Part shown: in pieces, positions 53,294-63,773 of the stretch | Layout: each line of letters starts with the position of its first letter | How positions within the stretch are numbered: position 1 is the first letter of the stretch | From: Candidatus Latescibacterota bacterium | Lineage (GTDB): Bacteria > Latescibacterota > UBA2968 > GCA-2709665 | Reading direction: 5' to 3' | DNA: 64,000 bases | NCBI GenBank assembly: GCA_965237675.1 | Contig: OZ250150.1 | Coordinates: forward strand, 3,424,001 to 3,488,000 | Translations under genes and position numbers: made by a program | The notes under the pieces: model-generated | What the model was told of the DNA's origin: nothing | What the model saw: only the letters and a program-made list of their open reading frames with translations | Databases searched by the model: none

Positions 53294-53806
53294 ATGCGGG
53301 TCGATTCGCAGGAGCTATCCGAATACAGACTCGGTGAAATGGGTGCGGGGCATCTCGATGCGGTCGTAGATATCGAGCGCGTGGGATTCGCGAACCCGTG
53401 GAGCAAACGGGATTTTGAAAATGCGCTATCCAGGCAGGACAGCTATTGCCTCGTTTTCCTGTCCGGTAGCCGGGTCGTCGCATATGCGGTTGGCTTTCTA
53501 GTGCCCAACGAATACCACCTGGCCGATCTGGCAGTTCACCCGGACTTTCGGCGCCGTGGACTCGGTCGACAGTTTATGAAGGCGGTGCTGGAAGGGTTAC
53601 CTGATCGAAATGTACAGGTGGTGAGCCTTGAGGTGCGGATTTCCAACGTGCCGGCCATCGGGTTATACAGGAAGCTCGGTTTTCGGACCGTCGCGATTCG
53701 TCGCGGGTATTACAGCGAACCCGTGGAAGATGCGCTCGTTATGTTGAAGACGCTTTACGGACGTCTTTTCGAGTGGGTAAACAGTGGCGTTGCGGCTTTG
53801 TATTAG
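53294..53806 (+). CDS. rimI: Ribosomal-protein-alanine N-acetyltransferase
   Basis: NPWS, LAVHPDFRRRGLG, LEVRISN..AI.LY.KLGF, RRGYY, EDALVM; start uncertain. Confidence 0.92.
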   Translation: MRVDSQELSEYRLGEMGAGHLDAVVDIERVGFANPWSKRDFENALSRQDSYCLVFLSGSRVVAYAVGFLVPNEYHLADLAVHPDFRRRGLGRQFMKAVLEGLPDRNVQVVSLEVRISNVPAIGLYRKLGFRTVAIRRGYYSEPVEDALVMLKTLYGRLFEWVNSGVAALY

Positions 53807-53827
53807 TCAAAGGCAGGCGAGTGGCGT

Positions 53828-54892
53828 ATGTTCGACCAGGCAGTCGTGGGACAGAAGCGCGTGACGGAGCGGCTTGAGCGAATGACGCGAAGCGCAAATC
53901 TTCCACACGCCCTCTTGTTTACCGGGCCTGAGGGTACGGGAAAGGTCGCCGCAGCCCTTGAAATGGCGAGAAGCCTCTACTGCGACCGACGGAAGAAGGG
54001 TTGCTGCGAGGATTGCGGGGGATGCAGGAAAACAGCCGGTCTGAACCACCCCGACTTGTCTCTGCTGTTTCCGTTTTTGGCCCGAACGTCGCCCGAGATG
54101 GAGCGAGAGACGTTGCGCCAGATTGTGAACGACCCCTACGGATACCCGCTGCCGGCCGAACCCGCCACGCTCTCCATCGAGCAGATTCGAGCTTTGCAGA
54201 AGCAGTTTGCGTATGGCGCATTCGAGGGGGGTTGGCGGGTAGCGGTCGTTATGCACGCGGATCGAATGCGTGTTGAAGCAGCCAATGCGTTGCTGAAAAT
54301 GCTGGAAGAACCACCGGTTCGTTCTCTGTTGATTCTCACGTCGTCCAGCCAGGAGTCCCTGCTGCCAACGATCGTTTCGCGGTGTCAGTGGGTGGTGTTT
54401 TCTTCCGTTCCGGATAGCGACGCGGCACGGATGTTGATTGAGGGGTTAGAAGTTGAAGCCGACAGGGCGTTGTCCATCGCGCGGTCCTGCGGCGGAAACC
54501 TCAGGCGTGCACGCGAAATGGCCGATGCCGAGGGTGAAGACCTGCAGGACCGTGCGTATCGGTTTCTGGCGGCGCTTCTGTGGGACGATGAGGCCAGAAC
54601 CCATGCGGCACTGGAAAAACTGGCTGCAGATCGAGATGAAGCCTTACAACTGCTTGGCGGCGCGGAGATGTGGTTGCGGGACGTCCTGGTTCTTCGCTAT
54701 GGTGATGTAGAACGTGTGACCCACCGGCGCAGGGTAGACGATATTCGGCGACTGTCCCGGGCCTTTGACCTGGAGGGCTTGCAGCAGACAGCTGACAGGA
54801 TCGAGTCGTTGCGGGAGATGAATCGCCGCAACGTCAATCTGCAGGTTGGCCTCGTATCTTTCTGGCGTGAGGTCAAGAGAGTTGGGAACTAG
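53828..54892 (+). CDS. holB: DNA polymerase III subunit delta'
   Basis: PHALLFTGPEGTGK, zinc-binding Cys cluster, HPDL, AANALLKMLEEPP, LLPTIVSRC. Confidence 0.95.
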   Translation: MFDQAVVGQKRVTERLERMTRSANLPHALLFTGPEGTGKVAAALEMARSLYCDRRKKGCCEDCGGCRKTAGLNHPDLSLLFPFLARTSPEMERETLRQIVNDPYGYPLPAEPATLSIEQIRALQKQFAYGAFEGGWRVAVVMHADRMRVEAANALLKMLEEPPVRSLLILTSSSQESLLPTIVSRCQWVVFSSVPDSDAARMLIEGLEVEADRALSIARSCGGNLRRAREMADAEGEDLQDRAYRFLAALLWDDEARTHAALEKLAADRDEALQLLGGAEMWLRDVLVLRYGDVERVTHRRRVDDIRRLSRAFDLEGLQQTADRIESLREMNRRNVNLQVGLVSFWREVKRVGN

Positions 54893-55054
54893 TGTCCCGT
54901 CCCAGAAATATGTCACCATTCTGCCACCGGTCCATCCCGTCTCGCTGCGTTCGGCCGACCTTACAAAGGTCGCAGGCGTCTTGCGAGCCGGGCGACTCGT
55001 CGGCCGAATTTCGGCAATCTATTTCCAGGACAGAACACCAGGAAGGTTGGGTGA

Positions 55055-56959
55055 ATGGGGCGGTTCTATATTACAACGCCGATTTACTATGTGAATGACG
55101 AGCCTCATATCGGGCATGCATATACGACCATCATGGCGGATGTGTTTGCCCGCTATCATCGTGTTATGGGTGACGAAGTGCTGTTTCTAACCGGGACTGA
55201 CGAGCATGGTCAGAAGGTGGCGCAGGCGGCGAACGAACGCGGTATCGATCCGCAGGATCACTGCGACGAGATGGTCGAACGCTTCAGGAGACTGTGGGCG
55301 TCTTTGAATATCTCATACGATGACTTCATCCGTACAACCGAATCCAGGCATCGGCAGGTCGTGCAGAAGATTCTCCAGCGTCTATACGACGCGGGAGAGA
55401 TCTATGCGGACGATTACGAGGGCTGGTATTGCGTGCCCGACGAGCGGTTTTGGACGGAGAAGGATCTGTCGGACGGAAAATGCCCGGAGTGCGGACGGAA
55501 AGTGGCTCGGATTTCGGAGAAAAATTATTTCTTCAGAATGGGGCAATATCAGGAATGGCTGATCGACCACATCCGAGACGATTCACGGTTTGTTCTTCCT
55601 GTTTCGCGCAGAAACGAGATGCTCGGGTTTCTGCGCCGGCCATTGAACGATTTATGCATCTCCCGCCCGAAAGCCCGCTTGTCTTGGGGCATTCCGTTGC
55701 CATTTGACAATTCGTTTGTATGTTATGTCTGGTTCGATGCGCTGATCAATTACATCACAGCTGCTGGTTATCTTCAGGACACCGAAGTATTTGCACGGTG
55801 GTGGCCCGCCTCCTGCCACCTGATCGGCAAAGATATTCTGACCACGCACTGCATTTATTGGCCGACGATGTTGAAGGCAATGGGTATAGAGACTCCCGAT
55901 ACCGTGGTGGCCCACGGATGGTGGCTCGTCGACGACGAAAAGATGAGCAAGTCTCTTGGCAATGCGATTCGTCCCCTGGATCTGGCGGAGAAATACGGCG
56001 TGGACGCCTTTCGATATTTTCTGGTTCGCGAGATGGTTCTGGGGATGGATAGCAGTTTCGGCGAAACGGGATTCGTCCACCGGTATAATTCCGAATTGGC
56101 GAACGATCTCGGCAATTTACTGAATCGCACCGTCGTTATGGCCAATCGATATCTGGGAGGGCGCGTGCCAGCGGCAGATGTTAACCACCCTGTCCTGTCC
56201 ACGATAAAGGAACAGGCCCGGAAAACGCTGGATGGCGTGATCGACGCGCTGGGAAATATGAATCCCACGGGAATTCTGGATGCGATCTGGGACCTCGTGC
56301 GGCAGGCCAATCGCTTTGCCGAAGCGCAGGCGCCGTGGAACCTGGCCAGAGATCCGGACAGTAGGGATACACTGGAGGCAACAATCTACGGCCTTCTCGA
56401 GACGATGCGCTATCTCGCGGTGTTGCTCTTTCCCGTATTACCCGGTAAGTCAGAGGAGATCTGGGAGCAAATTGGTGCGGAGGGGGATCTGAAAACGCAG
56501 AATATTCATGGTCTTCATCCCTGGGGCGGGTTGCGCGCGGGAGGGGCGGTTAAGGCACGCGGCCCGATTTTTCCCAGGATCAATGTGTTGGAAGAGGACC
56601 TCTCGGAGAAACCCGATATGGCTGACAGGAAAGAGGATCTGGTTTCGTTCAAGGAGTTTCAGAAGCTTGAGTTACGCGTTGCCAGGGTGGAATCTGCATC
56701 CCGAGTCCCTGGCGCCGACCGCCTGCTGACACTACATGTCAACCTGGGTAACGAACAACGCCAGATTGTGGCCGGTGTGGCGGAACATTATTCCCCCGAA
56801 TCGCTGGTGGGGCGTCAGATTGTGATGGTGGCCAATCTGGAGCCGGCGACCATCCGGGGCGTGGCGTCGGAAGGGATGCTCCTTGCGGCTTCGGCGGACG
56901 GACGTGTTGCACTGCTGCGGCCGGACGCAGACGTTCCGGACGGAGCGGAGGTCGGCTGA
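55055..56959 (+). CDS. metG: Methionyl-tRNA synthetase with C-terminal tRNA-binding domain
   Basis: YITTPIYYVN..PHIGH, YVWFDAL, KMSKS, OB-fold tail. Confidence 0.97.
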   Translation: MGRFYITTPIYYVNDEPHIGHAYTTIMADVFARYHRVMGDEVLFLTGTDEHGQKVAQAANERGIDPQDHCDEMVERFRRLWASLNISYDDFIRTTESRHRQVVQKILQRLYDAGEIYADDYEGWYCVPDERFWTEKDLSDGKCPECGRKVARISEKNYFFRMGQYQEWLIDHIRDDSRFVLPVSRRNEMLGFLRRPLNDLCISRPKARLSWGIPLPFDNSFVCYVWFDALINYITAAGYLQDTEVFARWWPASCHLIGKDILTTHCIYWPTMLKAMGIETPDTVVAHGWWLVDDEKMSKSLGNAIRPLDLAEKYGVDAFRYFLVREMVLGMDSSFGETGFVHRYNSELANDLGNLLNRTVVMANRYLGGRVPAADVNHPVLSTIKEQARKTLDGVIDALGNMNPTGILDAIWDLVRQANRFAEAQAPWNLARDPDSRDTLEATIYGLLETMRYLAVLLFPVLPGKSEEIWEQIGAEGDLKTQNIHGLHPWGGLRAGGAVKARGPIFPRINVLEEDLSEKPDMADRKEDLVSFKEFQKLELRVARVESASRVPGADRLLTLHVNLGNEQRQIVAGVAEHYSPESLVGRQIVMVANLEPATIRGVASEGMLLAASADGRVALLRPDADVPDGAEVG

Positions 56960-56964
56960 GAACA

Positions 56965-57729
56965 ATGCTTGTCGATACCCATGCTCATCTGAATTTCCCG
57001 GAGTTTCTGGGGGAGGAAGATTCGATAATCCGGCGGGCTCGTGCGGAAGGGGTAGAACGGATTGTCAACGTGGGCACAAACCTGGATATGAGCCTGAGGG
57101 CGCTGGATCTGGCTTTGCGGCACGAGGGAATCTATGCAACGGTGGGGTTCCATCCGCACGACGTCGAACTGGCCGACGCGTCCGGCTTGGAGGCGCTGAA
57201 GCGGCTGGCATCCAGGGAAAACGTTGTGGCGGTTGGTGAGACGGGTCTGGATTTTTTTCGGAATTATGCGCCTCGGGATCTTCAGGAGCGGATGTTCCGG
57301 TTCCATATCCGGCTGGCACGGCAGGCGGGACTTCCGCTTGTCATCCACAGTCGCGGCGCGGAGGACCGGGTAATGGAGATTCTCGAGGCCGAAGGCGGCA
57401 ATGCGGCTGGCGGGGCGTTGCACTGTTTTGGCGGAAATCCGGCCCAGGCGAAGCGGGCCGTGGATCTCGGCTTCCATCTGGGATTTGGCGGAACAGTAAC
57501 GTATAAGCGCTCGCCATCATTGTCTGTGGCGATGGACATACCGTCCGATCGGGTGCTATTGGAGACCGATTGCCCGTTTCTTGCGCCGGTCCCGCATCGG
57601 GGTCGGCGGAACGAACCGGCATACGTGAGGCATATTGCCGAGTTCCTGGCCGGATGCACGGACGAGCCGTTCGGCACGTTTGCCACTCGAACCTCGGAGA
57701 ATGCCCGCCGGCTTTTCGGGTTGACGTGA
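56965..57729 (+). CDS. tatD: TatD family hydrolase
   Basis: DTHAHL, GFHPH, GETGLD, IHSR, HCF, LETDCP. Confidence 0.93.
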   Translation: MLVDTHAHLNFPEFLGEEDSIIRRARAEGVERIVNVGTNLDMSLRALDLALRHEGIYATVGFHPHDVELADASGLEALKRLASRENVVAVGETGLDFFRNYAPRDLQERMFRFHIRLARQAGLPLVIHSRGAEDRVMEILEAEGGNAAGGALHCFGGNPAQAKRAVDLGFHLGFGGTVTYKRSPSLSVAMDIPSDRVLLETDCPFLAPVPHRGRRNEPAYVRHIAEFLAGCTDEPFGTFATRTSENARRLFGLT

Positions 57730-58559
57730 TGACGAAGCCCAAAAAGGGCCTTGCGCAGCATTTCTTGACCGACGCAGGGGCTGTCCAAAGGATCGTTCGG
57801 GCGGCTGGTATCCGAGCGGACGATCTGGTGGTGGAAGTTGGTCCGGGCCGCGGCGCGTTGACCGGCCCGTTGGCGGCACAGTCGGCCAGGGTGATCGGGA
57901 TCGAACGGGATGATGCGTTGTGTGTCTTCCTGCGGGCGAAGTTCGGCCGGAGATTGCGTCTGCATAACCAGGATGTGTTAACGGTAGATTTTCGTAAACT
58001 GATTCGTGAGGAGGGGTTTGAACGGGCGATTCTGCTGGGAAACCTGCCGTTCAACATCACGGGTGCGGTTGTTCGGCGAATCCTGGATGCCCGGTTCCAG
58101 TTTAAACGAGCGGTACTGACCGTTCAGCGCGAGGTTGCCCGACGGATTGTTGCCGCGCCGGGCAACAGGGACTATGGAGTTCTGTCGATTGCCGTTCAAC
58201 TGCACACTCGGCCGAAGATATTGTTCGACCTGACTCCCGGCGTTTTTTTTCCGGCACCCAGGGTCGTTTCCTCGGTTATTCGGTTGGAATTCGATGGGGA
58301 GGCCCCCTTCCGGGTGAAGGATGAGGAATTTTTCTTTCGAGTCGTCCGTACGGCCTTCGGTCAACGGCGAAAGATGTTGAAGAATACCCTGCTGGGAATG
58401 GTAAATGGGAAGACGGAGAGCCTGCAACGCGTGGGTGCGGCTTCGGAGGTCGACTTCAGGTTGCGACCGGAAGCGATTTCTATATCGCAGTTTGAGCGGA
58501 TTTGCTGCGCGCTCAAGGAAAATTCCGAAACCAGCGGAAAGAATTACGGGCACCGCTAG
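57729..58559 (+). CDS. rsmA: 16S rRNA dimethyladenosine transferase
   Basis: PKKGLAQHFL, EVGPGRGALT, NLPFNI, QREVA.R, F.PAPRV.S, FGQRRKML. Confidence 0.94.
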   Translation: MTKPKKGLAQHFLTDAGAVQRIVRAAGIRADDLVVEVGPGRGALTGPLAAQSARVIGIERDDALCVFLRAKFGRRLRLHNQDVLTVDFRKLIREEGFERAILLGNLPFNITGAVVRRILDARFQFKRAVLTVQREVARRIVAAPGNRDYGVLSIAVQLHTRPKILFDLTPGVFFPAPRVVSSVIRLEFDGEAPFRVKDEEFFFRVVRTAFGQRRKMLKNTLLGMVNGKTESLQRVGAASEVDFRLRPEAISISQFERICCALKENSETSGKNYGHR

Positions 58560-58832
58560 CGGTCGCGCGGACCCCTTCACCTTAGGTCGCGAATGGTGCC
58601 ATGCCGAATTGCTGCACCGGCCCCTACCCCGTCCACATCAGGTGTCGTGGATCTGTGCGCCGATGAACAAGGAGTCGGTTTGTATCAAGGTGAATCGACC
58701 GGATGATTACGCGCCTCTCGCAGCCTGCATCGGATCGGCGGCTGGGGGAGATGGTTGTTTCGATGCAAGCGAGATGTCTTCGGGGAAAGACTTCCGCGGG
58801 ATCCACATCCATTCATCCAGAAGGGATTAGAA

Positions 58833-59762
58833 ATGCCTCCGATGCCGAAGGCGGATAAGATCTGGTTTAACGGAAAGTTTGTGGATTGGGACGACGCAAG
58901 GATCCACGTGTTGTCGCACGTCGTGCATTATGGATCCAGCGTATTTGAGGGGGTTCGCTGTTACAATACGCGAAAAGGACCGGCCTGTTTCCGATTGGCC
59001 GATCATGTGAATCGCCTGTTCGATTCCGCCAAGATATACCGGATGCCAATTCCTTATAGCCATGAGGAATTGTCTCAGGCCATTCTCGAAGCCATCCGCA
59101 GGAACGGACTTCAGGCCTGTTATGTGCGCCCCATCGTCTTTCGAGGATACGGGAGTCTGGGTGTGGATCCCTCGTCCTGTCCCGTTGAAGTCGTAATCGC
59201 CGTGTGGGAATGGGGCGCCTATCTGGGCGAAGAGGCCCTGGAAAAAGGGGTTGCGGTCCGGGTTTCCTCGTGGAACCGGCTCGCGCCGAATACGATGCCG
59301 TCGTTGGCGAAGGTAGGCGCCAACTACATGAACTCGCAGCTGATAAAGCTGGAGGCGCTCGCCGACGGATACGTGGAAGGAATCGCGCTGGATGCGCAGG
59401 GCCACGTCAGCGAAGCCAGCGGAGAAAATATCTTTATGGTAAAAAACGGCGCGATCTACACCCCCTCGACCGGATCGTCGATTCTGCCTGGCATTACCCG
59501 TCATTCGGTGATTACGCTGGCGCGAGATCTGGGATATGCGGTGACTCAGCGAGCCATTCCGAGAGAGTCTTTATATATCGCCGACGAAGTCTTCTTTACC
59601 GGCAGCGCGGCGGAGGTGACGCCAATTGCACAGATCGATCACATTCCGATCGGTGAAGGGACCCGAGGGCCCATTACAAAGGCACTGCAGGACGCTTTTT
59701 TCGGTGTTGTGTCGGGCGATGCGGACGACCGGCATGGCTGGCTGACCTTCGTAAATACGTAA
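58833..59762 (+). CDS. ilvE: Branched-chain amino acid aminotransferase
   Basis: [48 protein letters not shown]. Confidence 0.95.
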   Translation: MPPMPKADKIWFNGKFVDWDDARIHVLSHVVHYGSSVFEGVRCYNTRKGPACFRLADHVNRLFDSAKIYRMPIPYSHEELSQAILEAIRRNGLQACYVRPIVFRGYGSLGVDPSSCPVEVVIAVWEWGAYLGEEALEKGVAVRVSSWNRLAPNTMPSLAKVGANYMNSQLIKLEALADGYVEGIALDAQGHVSEASGENIFMVKNGAIYTPSTGSSILPGITRHSVITLARDLGYAVTQRAIPRESLYIADEVFFTGSAAEVTPIAQIDHIPIGEGTRGPITKALQDAFFGVVSGDADDRHGWLTFVNT

Positions 59763-59827
59763 ACCCGTAAACCCAGGAAACCCGGTTACCACAATCGAAC
59801 ACCGGAAAGGACGTACTGGGCAGGGAT

Positions 59828-60646
59828 ATGGATGAATTCAAGAATAAGAGGATCGCTGTAGTCGGCGCTGGAAATATGGGCGGCGCGTTGATTTCGGGTC
59901 TGGTGCAATCCGGTACTGTACCGCCGGAACGGGTGACGGCCGTGGATATCGACGCGGCATTGTTGGAGGCGCATCACCGTGCGCTCGGCGTGAACACCAG
60001 CCGCGACGCCGCTGCAGTTGCCCCCGAACAGGACGTGGTGGTGCTGGGTTTGAAGCCACAGATGTGGGCCTCCGTTGGAGCGCCGTTGGCGCCGTCACTT
60101 ACCGATGGGCAGATGGTGCTTTCGATAATGGGCGGCGTGCGGACCGGCGCGATTGAAAAGGTCCTCGGCGGGCGGGTTCCGGTTGTTCGGGCGATGCCGA
60201 ATATTCTGGCGCAGATTCGCGCGTCTGTCGCGGCGATTTGCGCGGGCCGATTCGCGCGGGAAGCGCATATGGCCACGGCTGAAGCCATCTTGGAAACGGT
60301 CGGTGAGTCGGTACGGTTGGACGAACCGCAGATGGATGCCGTAACTGGGCTGTCCGGCAGCGGCCCTGCCTTTGTGTATGCGATGATTGATGGGCTTGCC
60401 GATGGCGGCGTGAAGATGGGGATTCCCAAGCCCGTCGCGCTTAAACTGGCGGCTCAAACGGTTTTTGGCAGTGCAAAAATGGTGATTCAAAGCGGGCAGC
60501 ACCCGGCGGTGTTGAAAGACCAGGTGACTTCGGCCGGGGGTACGACCATTGCCGGGTTGCAGGTTCTGGAACAGGCCGGATTTCGCGCTGCGTTGATGGC
60601 GGCGGTGGAGGCTGCGACACGGCGGTCGGAGGAGTTGGGAGCATAG
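59828..60646 (+). CDS. proC: Pyrroline-5-carboxylate reductase
   Basis: GAGNMG, RAMPN, GLSGSGPAF, VTSAGGTT. Confidence 0.96.
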   Translation: MDEFKNKRIAVVGAGNMGGALISGLVQSGTVPPERVTAVDIDAALLEAHHRALGVNTSRDAAAVAPEQDVVVLGLKPQMWASVGAPLAPSLTDGQMVLSIMGGVRTGAIEKVLGGRVPVVRAMPNILAQIRASVAAICAGRFAREAHMATAEAILETVGESVRLDEPQMDAVTGLSGSGPAFVYAMIDGLADGGVKMGIPKPVALKLAAQTVFGSAKMVIQSGQHPAVLKDQVTSAGGTTIAGLQVLEQAGFRAALMAAVEAATRRSEELGA

Positions 60647-60669
60647 CGGGGTTCCGGTCGGAGGTTGAC

Positions 60670-61275
60670 ATGATTGTGATTGTGGACTGCGGCGTGGGGA
60701 ATCTGCGTAGCGTGCAAAAGGGTTTTGAGCGCGTAGGGCACGCCGCCGTGATTACGGATCGCCCGGAAGATGTGTCCCGCGCGGAACGCGTGGTACTTCC
60801 TGGAGTCGGCGCCTTTGGCGACGCGATGGTGAACCTGAAGGCCGCCGGACTCATCGATCCTCTTATGGAGTCAATTGCCAGCGGTCGTCCTTTCCTTGGG
60901 ATCTGCGTCGGTCTTCAGCTTCTGTTTTCGGAGAGCAATGAGATGGGCCGCCACCGTGGATTTGGCGTTTTGCCGGGTTCCGTGCGTCGGTTCCCAGACG
61001 GAGTGCGAGTGCCGCAGATCGGATGGAACCAGATTCGAATTCAAAGACAGACCCCGCTTTTGACGGGCATTCCCGACGATGCATTTTTCTATTTCGTGCA
61101 TTCGTACTATGTGGATCCCGAAGTGGAGAGCGATTGTGTGGCAAAAACCGATTACGCGCTCGACTACACATCGATTGCGGGCCGGGGGGCCGCGTATGGG
61201 ATTCAGTTTCACCCGGAGAAAAGCCAGGACCTCGGGCTGCGAATTCTCAAGAATTTCGCGGAGCGGGTATGCTAG
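60670..61275 (+). CDS. hisH: Imidazole glycerol phosphate synthase glutaminase subunit
   Basis: GNLRSV, LPGVGAF, GICVGLQ, YFVHSY, QFHPEKS. Confidence 0.96.
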   Translation: MIVIVDCGVGNLRSVQKGFERVGHAAVITDRPEDVSRAERVVLPGVGAFGDAMVNLKAAGLIDPLMESIASGRPFLGICVGLQLLFSESNEMGRHRGFGVLPGSVRRFPDGVRVPQIGWNQIRIQRQTPLLTGIPDDAFFYFVHSYYVDPEVESDCVAKTDYALDYTSIAGRGAAYGIQFHPEKSQDLGLRILKNFAERVC

Positions 61276-62057
61276 CGAAACGAATTATACCCTGTCTTGA
61301 CGTCAAGAACGGCCGAAATGTACGAGGAGTGAAGTTCTCGGCCGACCGGGACGCCGGAGACCCTGTTGAACTTGCCCGTCGGTACGACGAGGAAGGGGCT
61401 GACGAGCTTGTTTTTTACGATATTACGGCATCGGCCGAGAAACGAAGGATCGTAGGTGAACTTGTGCGACAGGTATCGGAACAGGTGTTCATCCCGTTTA
61501 CGGTGGGCGGCGGGGTGAGGACTTTTGATGATATTCGCGCGATCATCGAAGGCGGCGCCGAAAAGGCGTCGATCAATTCGGCAGCGATTCGCACGCCGGA
61601 GTTGATTACCCGCGGCGCGGAGCGTTACGGCACACAGGCAATTGTCGGATCGATAGATGCAATTCGTTGCGGTAACATAAAGGGAAAACCAGAGTGGAAA
61701 GTGATGATAGACGGGGGTAGGACGCCAACAGGCAGAGATGCTATCGAATGGGCGATGGAACTGGTCGACAGAGGCGCGGGGGAGTTGGTGTTGAACAGCA
61801 TCGATGCTGACGGCACGAGGGAGGGGTATGACATTGAACTGAACCGCACTGTGGCGGATCTTGTAGACGTGCCGATCGTCGCATCCGGGGGTTCAGGTGG
61901 GCCGCAGCACATGTACCAGGTGCTTCAACAGGGCAGGGCAAGTGCGGCTCTGGCGGCGTCCATTTTTCACTATCGGCACTACAGCATTCCCCAGGTGAAA
62001 GCGTATCTGGCCAGGCGGGGCGTTTGTGTACGGCCCCGCGTTCGGGTGGATTTATGA
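61269..62057 (+). CDS. hisF: Imidazole glycerol phosphate synthase cyclase subunit
   Basis: MLAKRIIPCLDV, GADELVFYDITAS, FTVGGG, SIDADGT..GYD, ALAASIFH. Confidence 0.96.
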   Translation: MLAKRIIPCLDVKNGRNVRGVKFSADRDAGDPVELARRYDEEGADELVFYDITASAEKRRIVGELVRQVSEQVFIPFTVGGGVRTFDDIRAIIEGGAEKASINSAAIRTPELITRGAERYGTQAIVGSIDAIRCGNIKGKPEWKVMIDGGRTPTGRDAIEWAMELVDRGAGELVLNSIDADGTREGYDIELNRTVADLVDVPIVASGGSGGPQHMYQVLQQGRASAALAASIFHYRHYSIPQVKAYLARRGVCVRPRVRVDL

Positions 62058-63265
62058 CGCATCGTCGTAGGATGGAAGGCAAAGGGGCGGTACGAGCAGA
62101 GAACGAAACGACGGGTGATTACGTGCGGAATCGGATTTGCGCCGAGCGAAAGATGCTGTTTGAAAACGTCAGGCGTGTCGTGGTGAAGCTGGGCACGCGT
62201 GTGGTCACGTTGCCGGATCACGCGCTGAATCTGAAGTTGATCGAGCGCCTGGTTTCCGATGTGATCGGATTGCACCGGATGGGAATTGACGTGGCCGTTG
62301 TTTCTTCGGGTGCCGTCGGGGCCGGCATGGGGCGACTGGGTCTGGAGGAGCGGCCGCGACGCCTTTCGGCGTTGCAGGCAACCGCGGCGGTCGGGCAGGG
62401 CCTGGTGATGAATGCGTACAAACTGGCGTTCCGAGCCCATCGCATTCCGGTTGGGCAAGTCCTGCTGACTGCCGATGACCTCGATAACCGGCGTCGTTAT
62501 GTTAACGCGCGGAGCACATTGGATGAGTTGTTTCGATTCGGCGCCGTTCCGATTCTTAACGAGAACGACAGTGTGGCGGTTGAGGAACTCCAGCTTTCGG
62601 TCGGCGACAACGATCGCCTTTCCGCACTCGTGGCACATCTGGTTGACGCGGACCTTCTCGTTATCTTAACCGACGTCGATGGACTTTACTCTGCGGATCC
62701 GGATCGTAACGCCGACGCACGCCTCATTGCGCGGGTTGAGGAGGTCCGTCCCGAAATGATCGAAAGGGCCGGGAAAGCCGGTAGCCATGTGAGTCTGGGC
62801 GGAATGCGTTCAAAACTGGAGGCGGCTCAGAGTGTGATGCGCGGAGGCCGGATGGCGGTAATCGCAAACGGGCACAAGATCGGTTTGGGCCAGATCCTTG
62901 CCGGCTTACCGGCGGGCACACTGTTTCTCGCCGCGAGGGAAAGGCTGCCCGGCCGCAAGCTCTGGATTGCCAATTCCCGGCTGCACGGTGCCGTGGTTGT
63001 GGACGACGGCGCTGTGGATGCAATCGTAAAACGCGGCAAGAGCCTGCTGCCTTCAGGTATCGTCAAGGTCGTCGGCGCCTTTGAGGCCGGAGAGTTGATC
63101 GGTGTGGAAGACAGGCGTCGGCTGGAGGTCGCGCGCGGTTTGGTGAAGTACGGATCGGATGAGGTGCAGCGGATCTTGGGCAAGACAACGGCAGAGGCGG
63201 TGTCGATTTTGGATGTGGAGACGGGGGGAGAGGTGGTTCACCGGGACGATCTGGTCGTGTTGTAG
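62054..63265 (+). CDS. proB: Glutamate 5-kinase with PUA domain
   Basis: VVKLGT, VSSGAV, AAVGQ, NENDSV, GDNDRLSA, GGMRSK, SLLPSG, VHRDD; start uncertain (62054 or 62153). Confidence 0.95.
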   Translation: MTHRRRMEGKGAVRAENETTGDYVRNRICAERKMLFENVRRVVVKLGTRVVTLPDHALNLKLIERLVSDVIGLHRMGIDVAVVSSGAVGAGMGRLGLEERPRRLSALQATAAVGQGLVMNAYKLAFRAHRIPVGQVLLTADDLDNRRRYVNARSTLDELFRFGAVPILNENDSVAVEELQLSVGDNDRLSALVAHLVDADLLVILTDVDGLYSADPDRNADARLIARVEEVRPEMIERAGKAGSHVSLGGMRSKLEAAQSVMRGGRMAVIANGHKIGLGQILAGLPAGTLFLAARERLPGRKLWIANSRLHGAVVVDDGAVDAIVKRGKSLLPSGIVKVVGAFEAGELIGVEDRRRLEVARGLVKYGSDEVQRILGKTTAEAVSILDVETGGEVVHRDDLVVL

Positions 63266-63455
63266 TCGTCCTCGGCATGGGATGCGGCCACGGGCCGTTT
63301 TCCCGGCAGGCGGCGCATCTTTTGAACCCACGGACGGATTTGGTTGGTGGATGTCGGGTTTATCGATCGGCGAAACGCAGGCGGGAGCGTTACAGTGTTC
63401 CAAACCTTCGCAGAGGATCTTCGGTATGAAATTTTATAGAGGAATGGGTGAATAT

Positions 63456-63773
63456 ATGTACGCGCCCCGCCCCAAGATGTATCGATTCCTGTGGGCGCTG
63501 CCCGCCCTTTGGTTCGTCTATTTGTTTTTCGCGGGAGACAGTGGATATCTGCAAATTCGCCAGCGGAGCCAGCAGATTGAGGCGATGTACAGAGAAATTG
63601 AAACGGTAAGGACCGAAAACCGGCTGTTGGAGGCCAAGGTCGAAATGTTGCAGAACGACCTGGCGATCATTGAGAGGATTGCGCGGGAGCGGTACGGGAT
63701 GGTCAAGGAAAACGAAACGGTCTATATGGTGTACCCGAGTGCGCCGGCGCCAACTTCGGAAGACGAAAAATGA
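63456..63773 (+). CDS. ftsB: Septum formation initiator FtsB/DivIC
   Basis: TM, G..GY, coiled coil, IERIARERYGMVKENE; start uncertain. Confidence 0.88.
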   Translation: MYAPRPKMYRFLWALPALWFVYLFFAGDSGYLQIRQRSQQIEAMYREIETVRTENRLLEAKVEMLQNDLAIIERIARERYGMVKENETVYMVYPSAPAPTSEDEK